The notes under the pieces: model-generated
Database searches by the model: none
Told to the model about the DNA's origin: nothing
What the model saw: only the letters and a program-made list of their open reading frames with translations
Made by a program: the position numbers and the translations under genes
Part shown: positions 13,341 through 26,326 of the stretch, in pieces
How the letters are laid out: the number at the start of each line of letters is the position of its first letter
Position numbering within the stretch: position 1 is the first letter of the stretch
NCBI GenBank assembly: GCA_965287045.1
Contig: OZ336870.1
Span: 100,192,001-100,256,000 of the forward strand
Length of the DNA: 64,000 nucleotides
Reading direction: 5' to 3'
From: Carcharhinus amblyrhynchos
Taxonomy: Eukaryota

Positions 13341-15517
13341 AAAATATCAATAAATGGCATAATAACTCAGCATGGTAAAACACCAATGTTTTATGCTATT
13401 GAGCAGTTTAATGTGACATGATGCAGCAACCCTCACATCCATGTTTTGCCTTGTTTCTCCTACAGTTGCTGATGCAAGTTCAGGCACAGTTCCATGGACA
13501 GTGGCTGCCATCGAATGTCTGATCTATGTGGTCATTCTTTATGTGTGAATCGAGATGATAAATGTTGACCATCTGTTTGACAATGTAGGGCACCACAGAC
13601 TGACCCAATCCTACTGTGACTCCATGTCCATATATGCACACTTTGCATCAGGATTCTCTGAACTGAGATCAGGATTAGACCAGGCCTCCTTGTTAAAGGT
13701 ACAGAGGCCAAATATGATATTTAACAGTCACCTCTTAAGAACACAGCTAACTGATCAGAATCCAGAATCAGTTCCAAATGCCATTGAGTTCTTGATCACA
13801 TGGAGGTACCAAATGAAGTTTGACTATTTTCTGGTGCATGGTCCAATATTGGCATGAACCATGATGTATCATCTAAACTGCTTCTGAATCTTAAGCATGT
13901 GGCTCAGAGTGAGACCAACACAACAATTCCCCAAAAATAGGCACTAAGTAACAGTAGTAAAATGAGGCCAACAGGCATTGCTGAAATATTTAAATTAAGC
14001 CTTTGCCTTCCTGCAGTCACATTTTTAATCTAGATTTATCAAGATACTGGCTAATCCACATTTTCTCTGACCACAACGCAATTCTTGGGAGAAAGAAGTT
14101 TCAGATCAATTGATCAGGTGATTAGTAATGCAACTGCTTATTAACCACACCGATCCTCAACATAACTGGACAAAAGGCTCGCCTGAATGCTTGCAGGTTA
14201 ATACATTCAGCAGGGAGTACCGAAAACCAATTTTCATGGATGTATTAAAGACCCTAAGAAAAGAAAATTCTTGTACCTCGTAATTGTTACTCTTTCAAGG
14301 AGTCTCTGCAAGTGATTTCAAATCCTCAGAAAATAAGAAGTGGCCAGTTCCTTCCCCCACCCCGACCCCCTTCAACCTCTCACAAATAATTTCTTACTTT
14401 TCTTTGAATGTGGCTTTAAAAGCCAAAGCTAAAATCTCTTGTTCTTACATATCCTACTTTTGTTGCTTGAATTCTTAAAACCTTTAGAAGCTGTGAGGAT
14501 ATACTGCCTTTAGAAGCAAAAACAAGATCTCCACTACAGCAGCACCACTTCCCGGCATTGACTGACTGCCCATACTCGTGCACACTGATGTAATAGACTG
14601 ATACAAATAAAAGGCAGAATGGAAGGTACAAAACAGCAAACAAGGCACTGCATTCCTAAAGCAAGCTCTCCTTTACCAAGCAGCACTCTGTGACTGGACT
14701 CTTTGTTTTTTTTTTAATTTAAAAAAAAGCCGAGGGCAGGAAAAAAGAAAGGGGGAAAAAATGGTGTCACTTTCTGTCATAGTCTATTTGTCTTTGCAAC
14801 TTGTGTGTTCATTTACAAGCAGGACATTTGTCCAAAGTAGGAGAAGGAGAAAGGTAATCATAAATGGCCAGGCTAGGCCAGTTAAATATTACATTCACAT
14901 GTAGGAGGATGCTGGTAAAGTTGCTGTCTGGCCACGGATACCAGAGCTGTGTGGAAAAAAAATTATTCAATCAGTAAAGTTAATGACAAACTTGAAGTAG
15001 GCCCCAATGAGGACAAACCAGCTTTTGTCCTGTTGGGGGCTGGAGAAGAATAATACTCTAATACAAGCTTAGCTCTACTTTTTACTCTGATGTTCACTTC
15101 TAAGACGTCTCCTATGTAGAGAAGAGGAGATAGCTATCATCAGAAATGATGCATTCATTACACTGAAAGTGGGAGGGGGAGGGGAATGAGGTGGAGGAGG
15201 GAGTACCGAATGTTACAGTGTACAATGGTGCAGAGAGTCGCACATCTCATTTACATTGAGATCAGGCATCCAATTTGGTGTAGGTATTTGCTGTTGCATT
15301 GCTGAGCAAATGATTCTCCATTTACACTGTGCACTGGTAGTGGGGCTTTCCAGTGTGGACGTGCATGTCAGTCAACTTCCAGTGGGTACATCATCTTAGC
15401 AGGTATGAAGGAGCGTCGACCATCTCTCACATACGGAAACATGAGACACTTTTTGCCTGAGATTTGGTGGATGTAGAATTTCCCCCAGCATTATCTGAAG
15501 GAGAGCAGGGGAGTTCG

Positions 15518-16090
15518 AACTACAGAAAAGTTACAACACAGAAAGAGATCATTCAGCCCATTGTGTCTGTACTGGCCAAAACAAGAGAGGAGCTAGCTGC
15601 TCACTCTAATCCCACTTTCTAGCACCTTCTCTGTAACTTGCAGCTTACAGCACTTCAGATGGAGATCCAGGTATCTTTTCAATCAGTTCAGCATTCCTGC
15701 CGCAACCACCAATTCAGGTAGTGAATTCCAAATGCCCATCACCCTCCGGGTGAAAAAGTTTTTTGTCACATCCTCTTTAATCCTTCCAACAATCACCTTA
15801 AACCTATGCCCCCTAGTAACTGGCTCCTCAGCTAGTGGGAAACATCTTTCCTGTCCATCCTTTCTAGGCCTTCAGAATTTTGTACCCCTTAGTCAAGTCA
15901 CCTCCTTAGCCTCTTCTGTTTTAGGGAAAACAATCCTTGCCTATCCAATCTGTCCTCTTGGCTGCTATTTTCAAGCACCGGTAACATTCTTGTTAACCTC
16001 CTCTCAACTCTCTCCAGAGCAATTATGTCCTTCCTGCAATGTAGACCAGAACTTAGAACAATATTTCAGCTGCTCAATCTTTGTCCTTTT
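15518..16090 (-). mobile_element. CR1 LINE 3' end
   Basis: CR1 tail (acagaaagagatcattcagcccattgtgtctg) and the gtgaattcca...ccaccctc.gggtgaaaaag motif of the ORF2 C-terminus. Confidence 0.85.
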
Positions 16091-16499
16091 CCACAACTAT
16101 GCTAAATTTAACTGTGTTATGGCCACGATCCCTAAAATAGTCCCCTACCGTTACTTCATCCACTTACTCAGTTTTGTTTTCTAAGACTAAACCTAGAACT
16201 GCACCCCCTCTCATTGGCTTATGTGCTAGCTCAAAAAGTTCTCTTCAATGCAGTTCAAGAATCGTGTGTCGTCTGTGCCCTTCACACTGTTCATATCTCA
16301 ATTTATATTAGGAAAGTTGAAGTTCCCAACTATTACTGCTTGATAGCTTTTGCTTACATATTTGCTGTGTTAACTCCTTCTCACTATTCAAGGGTCTACA
16401 GTACATGTCTAGATGTGTGGCTGCATCTTTTTTATTTCCAACTTCAACTTATGTGGCTTCATTTGATGCTTCATTCAGTATATCATTCCGTCTTACAGT

Positions 16500-17900
16500 T
16501 GTAATTGATTCTTTAACCAGTAATGCTAAACACTCACCTTCCTCTTCACCCTGCCTGAAAACTCTGAATCCAGGGATGTTGAGCTGCCATTTTTGATCCT
16601 CTTTAAGCCACATTTCCATCACAGTGATGATATCTCGCTGTCATGTATCTATCTGTGCCCTCAACTCATTGATTTTGTTTGCTATACTCCTCATATTTAC
16701 ACATATATATTTTAACACTGCCAAATTCCTACAGTGAACACTTTTTAACCTGTGCTTCTTCTGTATTTCAGAGTCACTGGTCACAATCTTACCACTGTTC
16801 ACACCCCATCCTGCCACAGCGAATGGAGGAGATTTCATTGGCTGCCAAACTCTCCAAGCCCGCTGCAGCAGGAGCATGGTGTGAATGGCAGGTAAGATCA
16901 TGCCCACAACTTTCTATTTCCAGTTCTCGAATTTGCCCTCAGGTTCACCCCCCCTCGACCCCACACCCCCTCCCCACTCCATTCCTGCCAATCTAGTTTA
17001 AACCCTCATCAATAGCACGAGCAAAGATATTCATCCCAGTCCTGTTCAGGTGTCGACCAGCCGGCTCACCTTCCCCAGAACTGGTCCCAATGCTTAGGAA
17101 ATCTGATCTCTCCCTCTTAACCTAGCTTTCCACCCTTGCAGCCACATGCTTAATTGTTTACTTCTCCCATTTCTATATTCATTAGCATGTGGGACTGGGA
17201 GTAATCCTGAGGTTACTGCTTTAGATACCCTGCTTTTCACTCCCTTTCCGAGCTCCAAAAAATCTTCTTTCAGGACCTTGTCTCCTTTCTTACCCATGTC
17301 ATTGACACCAACGTGGACCATGACCTCTGGCTGATCACCTTACCCCAAAATAATGTCCTGTAACCACTCTGTGACATCCTTGACCCTGGCATCAGACAGG
17401 CAACATACCATTCTGTAATCACATCTAGGACCACAGAAATGCCTGCCTTTCTCCAACTAATGAATTCTGGCCTATGGTGTGATCACTAACGAAACTGGAA
17501 GCACAATTTTGTGCAGCTGGTAATCCTTCCTGCACATGTGTCATCTAGGAAACTGGCAGTGTCCAAGACTTCCCACATACTACAGGACACGTATGACCAA
17601 GCTGTCCTGCCATATATTAACTTTATTTCACTTTGGTTTAATAGATTAACTTCAAGTTAAGTTAATAAACTTGAGTTAATAAACTTAAGTTAATAAACCT
17701 TACAACTATTGATAAACCTTACTAGCACTGAAATATTTGACTAATATTTAACATAGTTTACAAGTTGCAATAAATCTTACTTGAAGGATCTTTCTTATTT
17801 CTCCAATGCACCGAATTCCCTCGTGAACCTCATTTGCTACTCACTCTGTCTCTGTCCCACTCAGGCTTAGTCTCCTGTCTTCTTATGCGTCCCTTACTAT
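16500..17900 (-). mobile_element. CR1 LINE 5' part: ORF1 (SGNH/esterase-like) and start of ORF2 endonuclease, interrupted by a MITE
   Basis: ORF 17094..17321 VHVGVNDMGKK...FLELG..VKSRVSKAVTSGLLPVP (CR1 ORF1 esterase block). End of ORF 16641..16907 reads LKYICVNMRSIANKINEL (endonuclease N-terminus). 14-bp tandem repeat at 17659-17700. Confidence 0.85.
16779..16905. mobile_element. MITE nested in the CR1 element
   Basis: TIRs ggtcacaatcttacc ... ggtaagatcatgccc, extended by ttcacacc/ggtgtgaa. Confidence 0.8.
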
Positions 17901-17939
17901 CCAAAGCTACCCCATGTCCTAACTAACGATTAACCCATG

Positions 17940-18090
17940 TTACTCATCATGTTTGTGGGGCATCATTGTGTGCAGATTCTGTGTCATGTTTTCCTGCATT
18001 ATAACAGTGTCTAAAGTACTTCACTGGCCATGAAGCTGTTTAGAACACTTTGAAGATGTGAAAAACGCAATATGAATGTAAATGTTTTCC
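17940..18090 (+). mobile_element. DeuSINE 3' part
   Basis: tgtttgtgggg..cattgtgtgcagatt...aaagtacttcactggc...gtgaaaaacgcaatatgaatgtaa. Confidence 0.7.
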
Positions 18091-20049
18091 TACAGAAGTT
18101 TTTTGTTGGTGATATCGTGTAAAACTTCACATCCATAAGTACTTCATTTTTTTTCCTGAATATTACTTTTCTCTCCTATTATTCTCCATGTCTATCTCCT
18201 CCTTCCCTGAACCTCCATTACTTAAGCGTATTTCATTCGACCAACACTGGTCCCATTGCCCGCTAAAAAAACAGTGCTTAGGTAATTTCCTCGTGAGTTC
18301 TCCTGATGGTCCACTATATCTCCAGCAGATAACTTGTTAATATAACTTTACAACAGCCAATCAGGAGAACCCATGAGGAAGTTCCAGCAAGAGTGCTAGT
18401 ACTACCAAGTTTAATCCTGTTGTCAGTCTGGTATCGTCTTTACCGGTTTTATAGTTATTCTCCATTTACAGAATAAAATGCTCTGCAATTCAGTTAAATA
18501 TTAAATGATTTTCATTTTTCCGCTTCCAATTACCAATTATTTGTCTACAGTTTTAGTTCTGCCAATTGCCATTGAATGTGACTGAGTGAACTGTAGATTC
18601 TAGATGTGCAGACCCTGGCAGCTACTCATGAGATGCAACTGACACATTGTGCCTTTAACTTATTTCAACTCTCCTAGTAGCTACTCTGTCACACAGAAAA
18701 AAGAACAGACATCAGTACCTCTTTCTTCTAATAGATTCCAATTCACTTCCCTCCCTGACCCCTAGTGACAGATTCTTACTGTCACCAGTGGAGTGAATGG
18801 ATAAAATCAGTGAACCACAACAATTTCTTCGTAGACATGTAGTATCTGGTAACCACTGAATAGTAGAAGCATTTCTTATGTAGACTATTTCTAGCAGTTA
18901 TTTAAAGGCATTCCAAAAAAAGAGAGCGCTGAGGCAATCTCCGCTATCCTTGGCAGCTCCATTTCTACATTCCAGGCTACTTCCAACAGTAAAATCCAGG
19001 CTAATGTTTCAAAGAGACATTACAAGTTCAGAGATCAACTAATGTGATAGGATTTGCAATATAACGAACAAGGGGAAATAATCACAACACTGCACTCAAT
19101 TGAGTAGAACTTACATGATGCCAGCTACATTGAAAACTTATTGATACATTAATTAAAATCAACCAACAGAAACTGCTTACTCAGCAATATTTACAGAGCA
19201 AGTGCTTCCAAATGACTTCATTGTATTCACTTCCTAATACAGAAACATCAGGGAACAAGGTGGAGAGTGGGTAGGTCAGAGAAGGTTACTGAAACAACTG
19301 TACATATTCATACATCAGACATTCGAACATACAGCCCAATACCTGCTGAATTGTAAACTCTGAAATCTCACAGGAAGATATACATGGAACACAATGCACA
19401 AAGGATCAGAGCAACAGCACTGCCACATTTAACATTACTTTCAGCCGACATATGCTGTGCAGGACCCAAGTTGAAATTCAATGACAACTCCAACCAGATT
19501 CTGGGAATCTTCAGCTGGTTGTTAAAAGGGCGAAAGAACCAAGAGGATTTGTTAATATTTCTATGATGGAATTGTCATGGTGATATAATGTCAGGGATTG
19601 TGTTTTATCAGCTGTTTACACAGAACTGTCTCTTTACACGATTCATTATGTCACTGCACATGGAATATGCCTCCAATATAAAAACAGCTGACTCTTTGCT
19701 CTGTGGAAACACCATTACAAAACCTGTAGCAGGTTCTGTAAGTGTTTTCCAAACAGATGACTTGGTAATCTAAACATCTGATCTAAGCATTAACAAAAAA
19801 ACTGCTCTCTGCAGTTTTCATTTGCAATCAGAAAATCAGACCAATCACTTTCTGTCTAAAACCCCACCTTTGCCACGTGCTCATATACGTAAAGCTGCAG
19901 CAACCAGCAGCAATGAATGATTTCTTGTAATTTCCTCCTCTGTCAGAAACATTGAGAAGGTCATGAGACCAAGTCATGATAGATTGCCATCCTACAGGAG
20001 ATAGCTGACTGGAACCCAATCACCAATCATTCACAGAGTCAGTCTAGTT

Positions 20050-20642
20050 TCCTGAATGCAGCTTAGTGGGAGTGTTAAAGGTGTCGGCATTAGGATACAT
20101 GTTAAACTGAGAATCCCTCTGTTCTCTCAGGTGGACTTAGCCTTACAGCGCCAGAGACCTAGGTTCAATTCTCAGCTTGGGTCACTGTCTGTGCGGAGTC
20201 TGTATGTTCTCCCTGTGTCTGCTTGGGTTTCCTCCAGTATCTTCCCACAGTATGAAAAATGTGCAGGTGAGGTGCATTGGCTATGCTAAATTCTCCCTCA
20301 GTGTACCTGAACAGGTGCCAGAATGTAGCGATTAGGGAGTTTTCATGGTAACTTTCATCGCAATGTTAATGTAAGGCTACTCGTGACCCTAATAAAAAAT
20401 TTAAAATGATCCCGTGGCATTATTTTGAAAAAGGGGAGGGGTGTTTTAACTGGTATGTCTGGCCAATATTCATCTTTCAACCAATATCACAAGAAACAGA
20501 TTCTCTGGTCAATGTCACAGTGTTGTTTGTGGAAACTTACTCTTTAACTTACAATCCAACAGCATAGCAGGGATGACATTGCTGTAAAGCACCTGGGGAT
20601 GTCCTGGTATTGCGAAAGATGCTATATCAATTCAAGTTCTTT
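20050..20642 (+). mobile_element. DeuSINE split by a V-SINE insertion
   Basis: gttaaactgagaatccctctgttctctcaggtggac (to 20136) resumes as aaaatgatcccgtggcattatttt (~20403). Ends with the L2-like tail gctatatcaattcaagttctttc. Confidence 0.75.
20137..20400 (+). mobile_element. V-SINE, tail type A, nested in the DeuSINE
   Basis: B box, V-domain and the same tail as 1488-1778. Confidence 0.88.
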
Positions 20643-20659
20643 CCCCCAACCCCTCACTA

Positions 20660-21115
20660 AAATGAGAACATTATGGAGAATGGTTCCAAAAATGAGGGAC
20701 TTTATTTATGTAGATAGACTGCAAAAGCTGGGAATATTGTAATGCTTAAGATGAGTGGCCTGGAAGAATAGGTAAGGAGAAACTGTTCCTATTAGCAGAA
20801 TGGTCAAGAACCAAAAGACATTAATTCTTTGGCTATTCACCTTAAATCAAAGGTGACAAGAGGAAAAGTCTTTTTATGCAGTGAGTGGTAACGATCTGGA
20901 ATGCACTGCCTGAGAGTCTTCTAAAGCAGATGCAATTTTTGCTTTCAAAGGATAATTGTTTAATCATCCAAATACAAAGTAATTGCAGGACTGTAGGGAA
21001 ATAGTAGGGAAGCAAGACTAACTGAGTTGCTCATGCAGGGAACAGGCATGGATACAATGGGCCAGATGATCCTCTTCTGTGTTGTAACCATTCCATGATT
21101 CTATGATACTATGAT
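20660..21115 (+). mobile_element. CR1 LINE 3' end
   Basis: gagtggtaacgatctggaatgcactgcctga (CR1 C-terminal R..xxWNxLP motif) and tail ..cctcttctgtgttgtaaccattccatgattctatgat. Confidence 0.85.
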
Positions 21116-21739
21116 GAGTTGTAATTGCTTTCTATATGAACAAGAATTAGAAAATATCCTGATTACTCTGGAAGTTAAAAAGCACTAGCCTGGGAAAAAA
21201 CTTGTCAGTAAGATTCACCACATCACTAGATTCACGAATAGGGGTTGCTATTCAAACAGGGTAAACATAAATCTTCCCATCAGCTGACCTTAAAAAAAAT
21301 GACCAACAACATTTGGGTTGCTCCTGGTTACACGAAACCTGCAGTTGGGAACTAATGGCGTGAAAATGGACAAAACCTAAAATTCAAGTCACTATTATGC
21401 ACCATTGTGCTCAGTCATCCAAAGCTTCATCTTCCTCAACAAACTGCTATTCTACTCCATTAGTACTCTATGGCAGTTCTCTCAATTTCCTACCATAACA
21501 TCAGCAAGAGCTCAACTCTTAATGCTGCTTTTCTGGAATTTGGAGCTGGAAATTAGGCAATCACTGTAGAAAGTAGCTCATCATCTTTATTTGTCTTCCA
21601 AGTTGGTTAACTATCCATTCCATCATGAGGCCATCTTTCATAGGTGGAGCATTTTTCAATCCCTCCCCACTCCAGCCTCTATTAACTCCCTGCTCTCCTG
21701 AAAATATCAATCTATGTTGCAGCATGATTTCATAGGCAT

Positions 21740-22325
21740 AGCCTAAATAACCATTCTACTAATAATCATCTGACTCCTCACCCTAGTAGCAAGACACCTT
21801 ACCATTGGACTCCTCGTCCTGGTGGCCATCAAACACAGGGACTGCAACAGTTCACCACCACCTTCTCAATGTCAATTAGTGACGTATAATAAACGCTGGG
21901 CTAGCCATCGATGCCCACATCCAGTGAAAGAATTAGGAAAAACAGACACCTCTTTTAATCACAATGGCACATCTCATCCCAGCAAACTTCCAACACCACA
22001 TCCTCGTAACCATTGATACATTTTCTTAATAACGATTGGATATCTTTTTCTAGTAACAATGGAACACATTGTTCTACTTGGTCTAATCAGACCTGACTGG
22101 AGCAAGCTGCTGTTTTATATGGGCAGTTGTTTCTGTGAACCATAGATGTACGATTGCATCCCCCCAACCCTGTGACAACAGCAAGAGGTCGGTTGAGGGC
22201 AGAACTTGTGGTAACATTAGGCACTTGCTCAAGTAACCAATTGATACCTTTTCTAGTAATCATCAGACACTTTGCCCTAGTAACCAACGGATATGTCACC
22301 TTAACAGCCATCAGATACCTCATGC
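21740..22325. repeat. Degenerate ~23-bp minisatellite, interrupted by a LINE tail (21835-21935)
   Basis: Recurring units such as gtaaccattgatacattttctta, gtaaccaattgataccttttcta, gtaatcatcagacactttgcccta and gtaaccaacggatatgtcacctta. Confidence 0.6.
21835..21935 (+). mobile_element. 3' tail of the LINE family seen at 42660-43095
   Basis: gactgcaacagttca..caccaccttctcaa.g.caattag.gac.t..aataaacgctgg..tagcca.cgatgcccacatcc. Confidence 0.75.
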
Positions 22326-23984
22326 AAAGTAGCATCTTGGTGTTTATGAGTATGCACAGTGAGTATTGGCAGAGTTGCTCAGCTGTGTGTGACAGCCAAG
22401 CCTGACCTTATCATCACCTGATGTTCACACACATGCACTTTGTTGCTAGTTCACCAGTCGAAGGATTTGTTATCATATTAAAAACAGCAATTATGTATTG
22501 CAATAATTTTAATGAAGAACTGTAGTCCTGCTTTAACAGCAGAGATTATGTTTCATACAAATCTCACTGCTAAAAATCGGCTGCTTAGCGTATAAAATAA
22601 ATGCAATCTATAAAAATTACATTGCAATAATCCATGCAGTAATGATGCTGTATGAGTTTTCAAAACAGCCAGGAGGTCAATTATAAATTTATGCTCTACA
22701 TACCTTTTTTTTTCAGTTACAACACTGAATATTGATCAACATTAGAACCCAGAGTATTTATCTGCACAGTCAGAGAGAATAGGAGCTCATTCACTGTGAA
22801 CTTGGATAATTCAGCACAAACCAAGTACTAAACTTAAGGACACTTCTCAGGACTGAACAGACACTTACTTGATCTGTTCTGACAAAATGTTAGCTGATCT
22901 GTTCCCGCCACAGATGCCGATTGGCCTGTTGTATGTTTCTGTCTTTTTTTGCTTTTTGTTTCAAATTTTCATTTTGAATAGATTTTTTTCCTTTTTATCA
23001 TCCTGGTCTGTCTGCTCGGTGTACGAGAGGCTGGGCATAGGTTCAATGGGGCTAAGACAATGGTTCTAACATTCTAATAATCTCAATCTAATTAGACAAT
23101 AGTTAAAGCAATGGTCTGTACTAGTCTGTGCTGCTTTATACAATGCAATATTTAACATTCACAGAAAACCTTTTTGGTATGTGCTGAATGATGGAACACA
23201 TGAATAAAAAAACCCTGAAATGTTCAATCTGTGTGCAACACTCTCCTTCAGCAGCCAAGTGCTAAGGAATGAATCAACCTGTCATGGCTGCTCTTCCCTA
23301 CGCCTAATGTTTATACACACTTCACCCAGTATGTAATTATATACCAAGTGTAGTCTATAATTAATGAAAGTGCGATTCAGTTAAATGAGGCAATGTTTCC
23401 TATCGCCACTTTAAATGTCTAACATGCTTGCCATCCCATTCACATCATGCTGGTGACATGGTTACAGGAAGGGTGATATTTTAATTTGAGCAGTTTTCAG
23501 TGCTTTGATGCTGAAAGTTTTTTTTGTTGGCAGTATGTTAAGGAGTGCTCAGGAAAGTGAAACATACTGTAACTCCAGCCACATCTGTTTTCATTGCATC
23601 GTAACATAAGAGCACCACATGGATACAGACTTTTATTATTCACACCAAATAAGGAGAGAGCAGCACAGCTCGTTCTAGCTGTTTACACCATTCAGAAAGC
23701 ATTTCCTTTGAATCTTTCTACAGATACTACACTTGTCAAGGCTAAGTTCACAGTTCTTGCTTTGGGTGCCTGTCTTCTCCTGCAGTTATCAATATATGCA
23801 GTGTTTTATTTTATTTTGTGTGGATATTGAACTGAGATTTCCTGAGCATGTTGAGTCAGTGGTTTGCTGATAATTAGCTGGAGTGATTAAATCTTTACCA
23901 CAAAAACTGATAATACTTCAAAAGAGGACAGCTGCGGTATTCTCCTCCTCCCCTCCTCTCCTTTCAGGGCAAACTTTTAATGGC

Positions 23985-24320
23985 GCCAATCACCCACTGG
24001 TACTTTGCCCAGATGGTGATCATTGACGTGGGAACCCCCATGAAAGTGTTGTAGGCTATTTGACTAGAGAGCGCATCACAGCTGGATCCAATTCTATTTT
24101 AACCTGATACACGCACACATTTTTTTTTTGCACCACTTCCCTCAGGGGCACCACAATCAGAAACGGGAGCTCTGACTGAGATTCCCCTTTCTAATGTGGG
24201 AGTTGAGAAGCAGCACTTCAAAATTACCATAGCTGCGGTCAACAGTGAGTGGGGATTGTAACCTGAATCTTTCATGGATCTTTAAAACTCACCAAGTTGC
24301 TGGATAAAGTTGCTCAGCTA
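23985..24320 (-). mobile_element. Old unclassified SINE-like family (other copies ~11060-11270, 13480-13810, 22305-22460, 35385-35700, 40900-41100)
   Basis: Shared blocks: aaagtgtgcatgtgtg...ggatcagg...tgatgc...cagtcaaatagc...aacactcactg. The head looks tRNA-like (..tggctcag..ggt...aatccc). Confidence 0.55.
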
Positions 24321-24577
24321 CTGGCAGTTGTGATGTTGATTTTATTGGTATTTGAATAAAAATGTAAGTTCTCACTTTTAGGCTGAGAGACAAATGCTAA
24401 ATGTGCACATTGCCTGACTGTCACAATATATTACTGGATGTTTTGAAATCATTTTTATCCACACAAGTGAATCCTATTTGCTCTTATTTTATGGTGATGT
24501 AGTACAGTGTTAATATGGGAAACAACAAACAGGCTGTCGCAGAGTATAAATCTAAGAGTAAACCAACAGATTTTTTT

Positions 24578-24926
24578 ATTCATTCATGGGACATGGGCGT
24601 CACTGGCTGGTTAGCATTTATTGCCCATCCCTAGTTGCCCAAGAGCAGTTAAGAGTCACATTGCTGTGGCTCTAGATTCACATGTAGGCCAGACCAGGTA
24701 AGGATGACAGATTTCCTTCCGTAAAGGTCATTATTGAAGCAGTTGGGTTTTTCCGACAATCAACAATGGTTTCATGGTTATCAGTAGATTCTTAATTCCT
24801 GATTTTTTTATATTGAATTCAAATTCCATCATCTGCCATGGTGGGATTTGAACCGGGTCCCCAGAATATTAACTAAATTTCTGGATGAATAGTCTAGCAA
24901 TAATGCCACTAGGACATCGCCTCCCC
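24578..24926 (-). mobile_element. Full-length tRNA-derived SINE (second family; tail shared with the LINE at 42660)
   Basis: Minus head ggggaggcgatgtcctagtgg...cccggttcaaatccc and tail caactagggatgggcaataaatgcta..cagccagtgacgcccatgtcccatgaatgaat. Second copy at 40344-40691. Confidence 0.88.
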
Positions 24927-25019
24927 TTGCAGGTAAGGCTAGAGTTTACAAAAACAATATAGGGACAAAATTTCAGGCTCTGTATCTGAATGCATGCAGC
25001 ATTCGAAACAAAACAGATG

Positions 25020-25333
25020 AATCATAGAATCCCTACAGTACAGAAATAGGCCATTCAGCCCATCAAGTCTGCACTGACCACAATCCCACCCAGACTCCAC
25101 CCCCATATCCCTATATATTTACCCACTAATCCCTCTAACCTACACATCTCAGGACACTGAGGGCAATTTTTAGCATGGCCAATCAACCTAATGGGCATAT
25201 CTTTGGACTGTGGGAGGAAACTGGAGCACCCGGAGGAAACCCACACAGACACAAGGAGAATGTGCAAACTCCACACAGACAGTATCTGGAGCTGTGAAGC
25301 AACAGTACTGACCACTGTGCTACCGTGCTGCCC
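25020..25333 (-). mobile_element. HE1-type V-SINE (type B tail) nested in the CR1 element
   Basis: Minus head gggcagcacggtagcacagtggtcagtact, V-domain and CR1-like tail. Confidence 0.92.
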
Positions 25334-25786
25334 AATGAAAATAGAGATTAATAAATGCAGTCTCATGGCCATTGCAGAGACATGGTGGTAGGATGGTACA
25401 GATTGGGACCTGAATTTTGAAGGGTGAGTGACCAATAGGAAGTGAGGAAAAGGTGGAGGGATGACATTAGTGTATTAACAGAGGGATAATCCAAGTTCAA
25501 GAAACCAGGATACAGAAGCAGTTTTGGTAAATGTGAGAAATGATAAAGGGAATAAATCACCTGTGGAGGTTAGGGGAACAAGTCCCCTAACAGTGGTCAC
25601 AAAAGAGAAGAAATAGTGGGAACTTTTCAAAAAGTTATCATGATTAACATGGGGAACTTTAATCTGCAAATAGACTGTAAAAATCAGAAGGGCAAAGGTA
25701 ACCTAGATAACAAATTCACCAAATGTTTTTGGGATAATTTGCAAGATCAGCACTTTCTGGAGCCAACCAGGAAGCAGACTACATGA

Positions 25787-26326
25787 GGGGCACAATTATC
25801 CCAAAACAATTTTTAAGTTTGATCTCCAGCGGGAGATCTCTCTGGCATCAGGGCCCCATTCTCAATGTCTGGCATCAGGTTCCCCCCACCCTCCCAACCC
25901 TATTCCTCCCGAATGCCGGTATCAGCACCCTCTTCCCCCTCACATGAGTGAGTTCCCGTTATGAGGCCTCCCAGGGACCTTCCCATTCAGGCCCCAACAC
26001 TTTAAGGCCCACCCCTATCCCTGGCCATCTGGAGCTCCAGACCCTGGCATGGTCATCATGTCTAGTGTCCATTTGTGGAGTTGTACCAGTGGTGGGTGAA
26101 TTCCAGGAGTTGGGTGAACCTGGCTTAAAACAGATCCTGCATATTTAAATGAAGATTGAAATCAGTTAATCTGGTTCACACACAACGTAATCACATCACT
26201 GGATAGGACTGGGGAGAACATCAAAAGAAGTTCTCCCCAGTGCAAATCATATTACGGTCCCTCTCACGAGAATCTCCGGCTATAATAGGATTTGCCTCTG
26301 TGCTCATGGGGCTGGAGTATGGTTTT
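25787..26326 (+). mobile_element. ~540-bp MITE (Harbinger-like) nested in the CR1 element; sister of 28895-30136
   Basis: Starts ggggcacaattatcccaaaa. Several blocks match the reverse complement of 28895-28956 and 29480-29750. Confidence 0.75.

Noticed and set aside
21740-22325. CRISPR-like repeat array
   Set aside because: Vertebrate DNA, degenerate contiguous units without unique spacers, and no cas genes.
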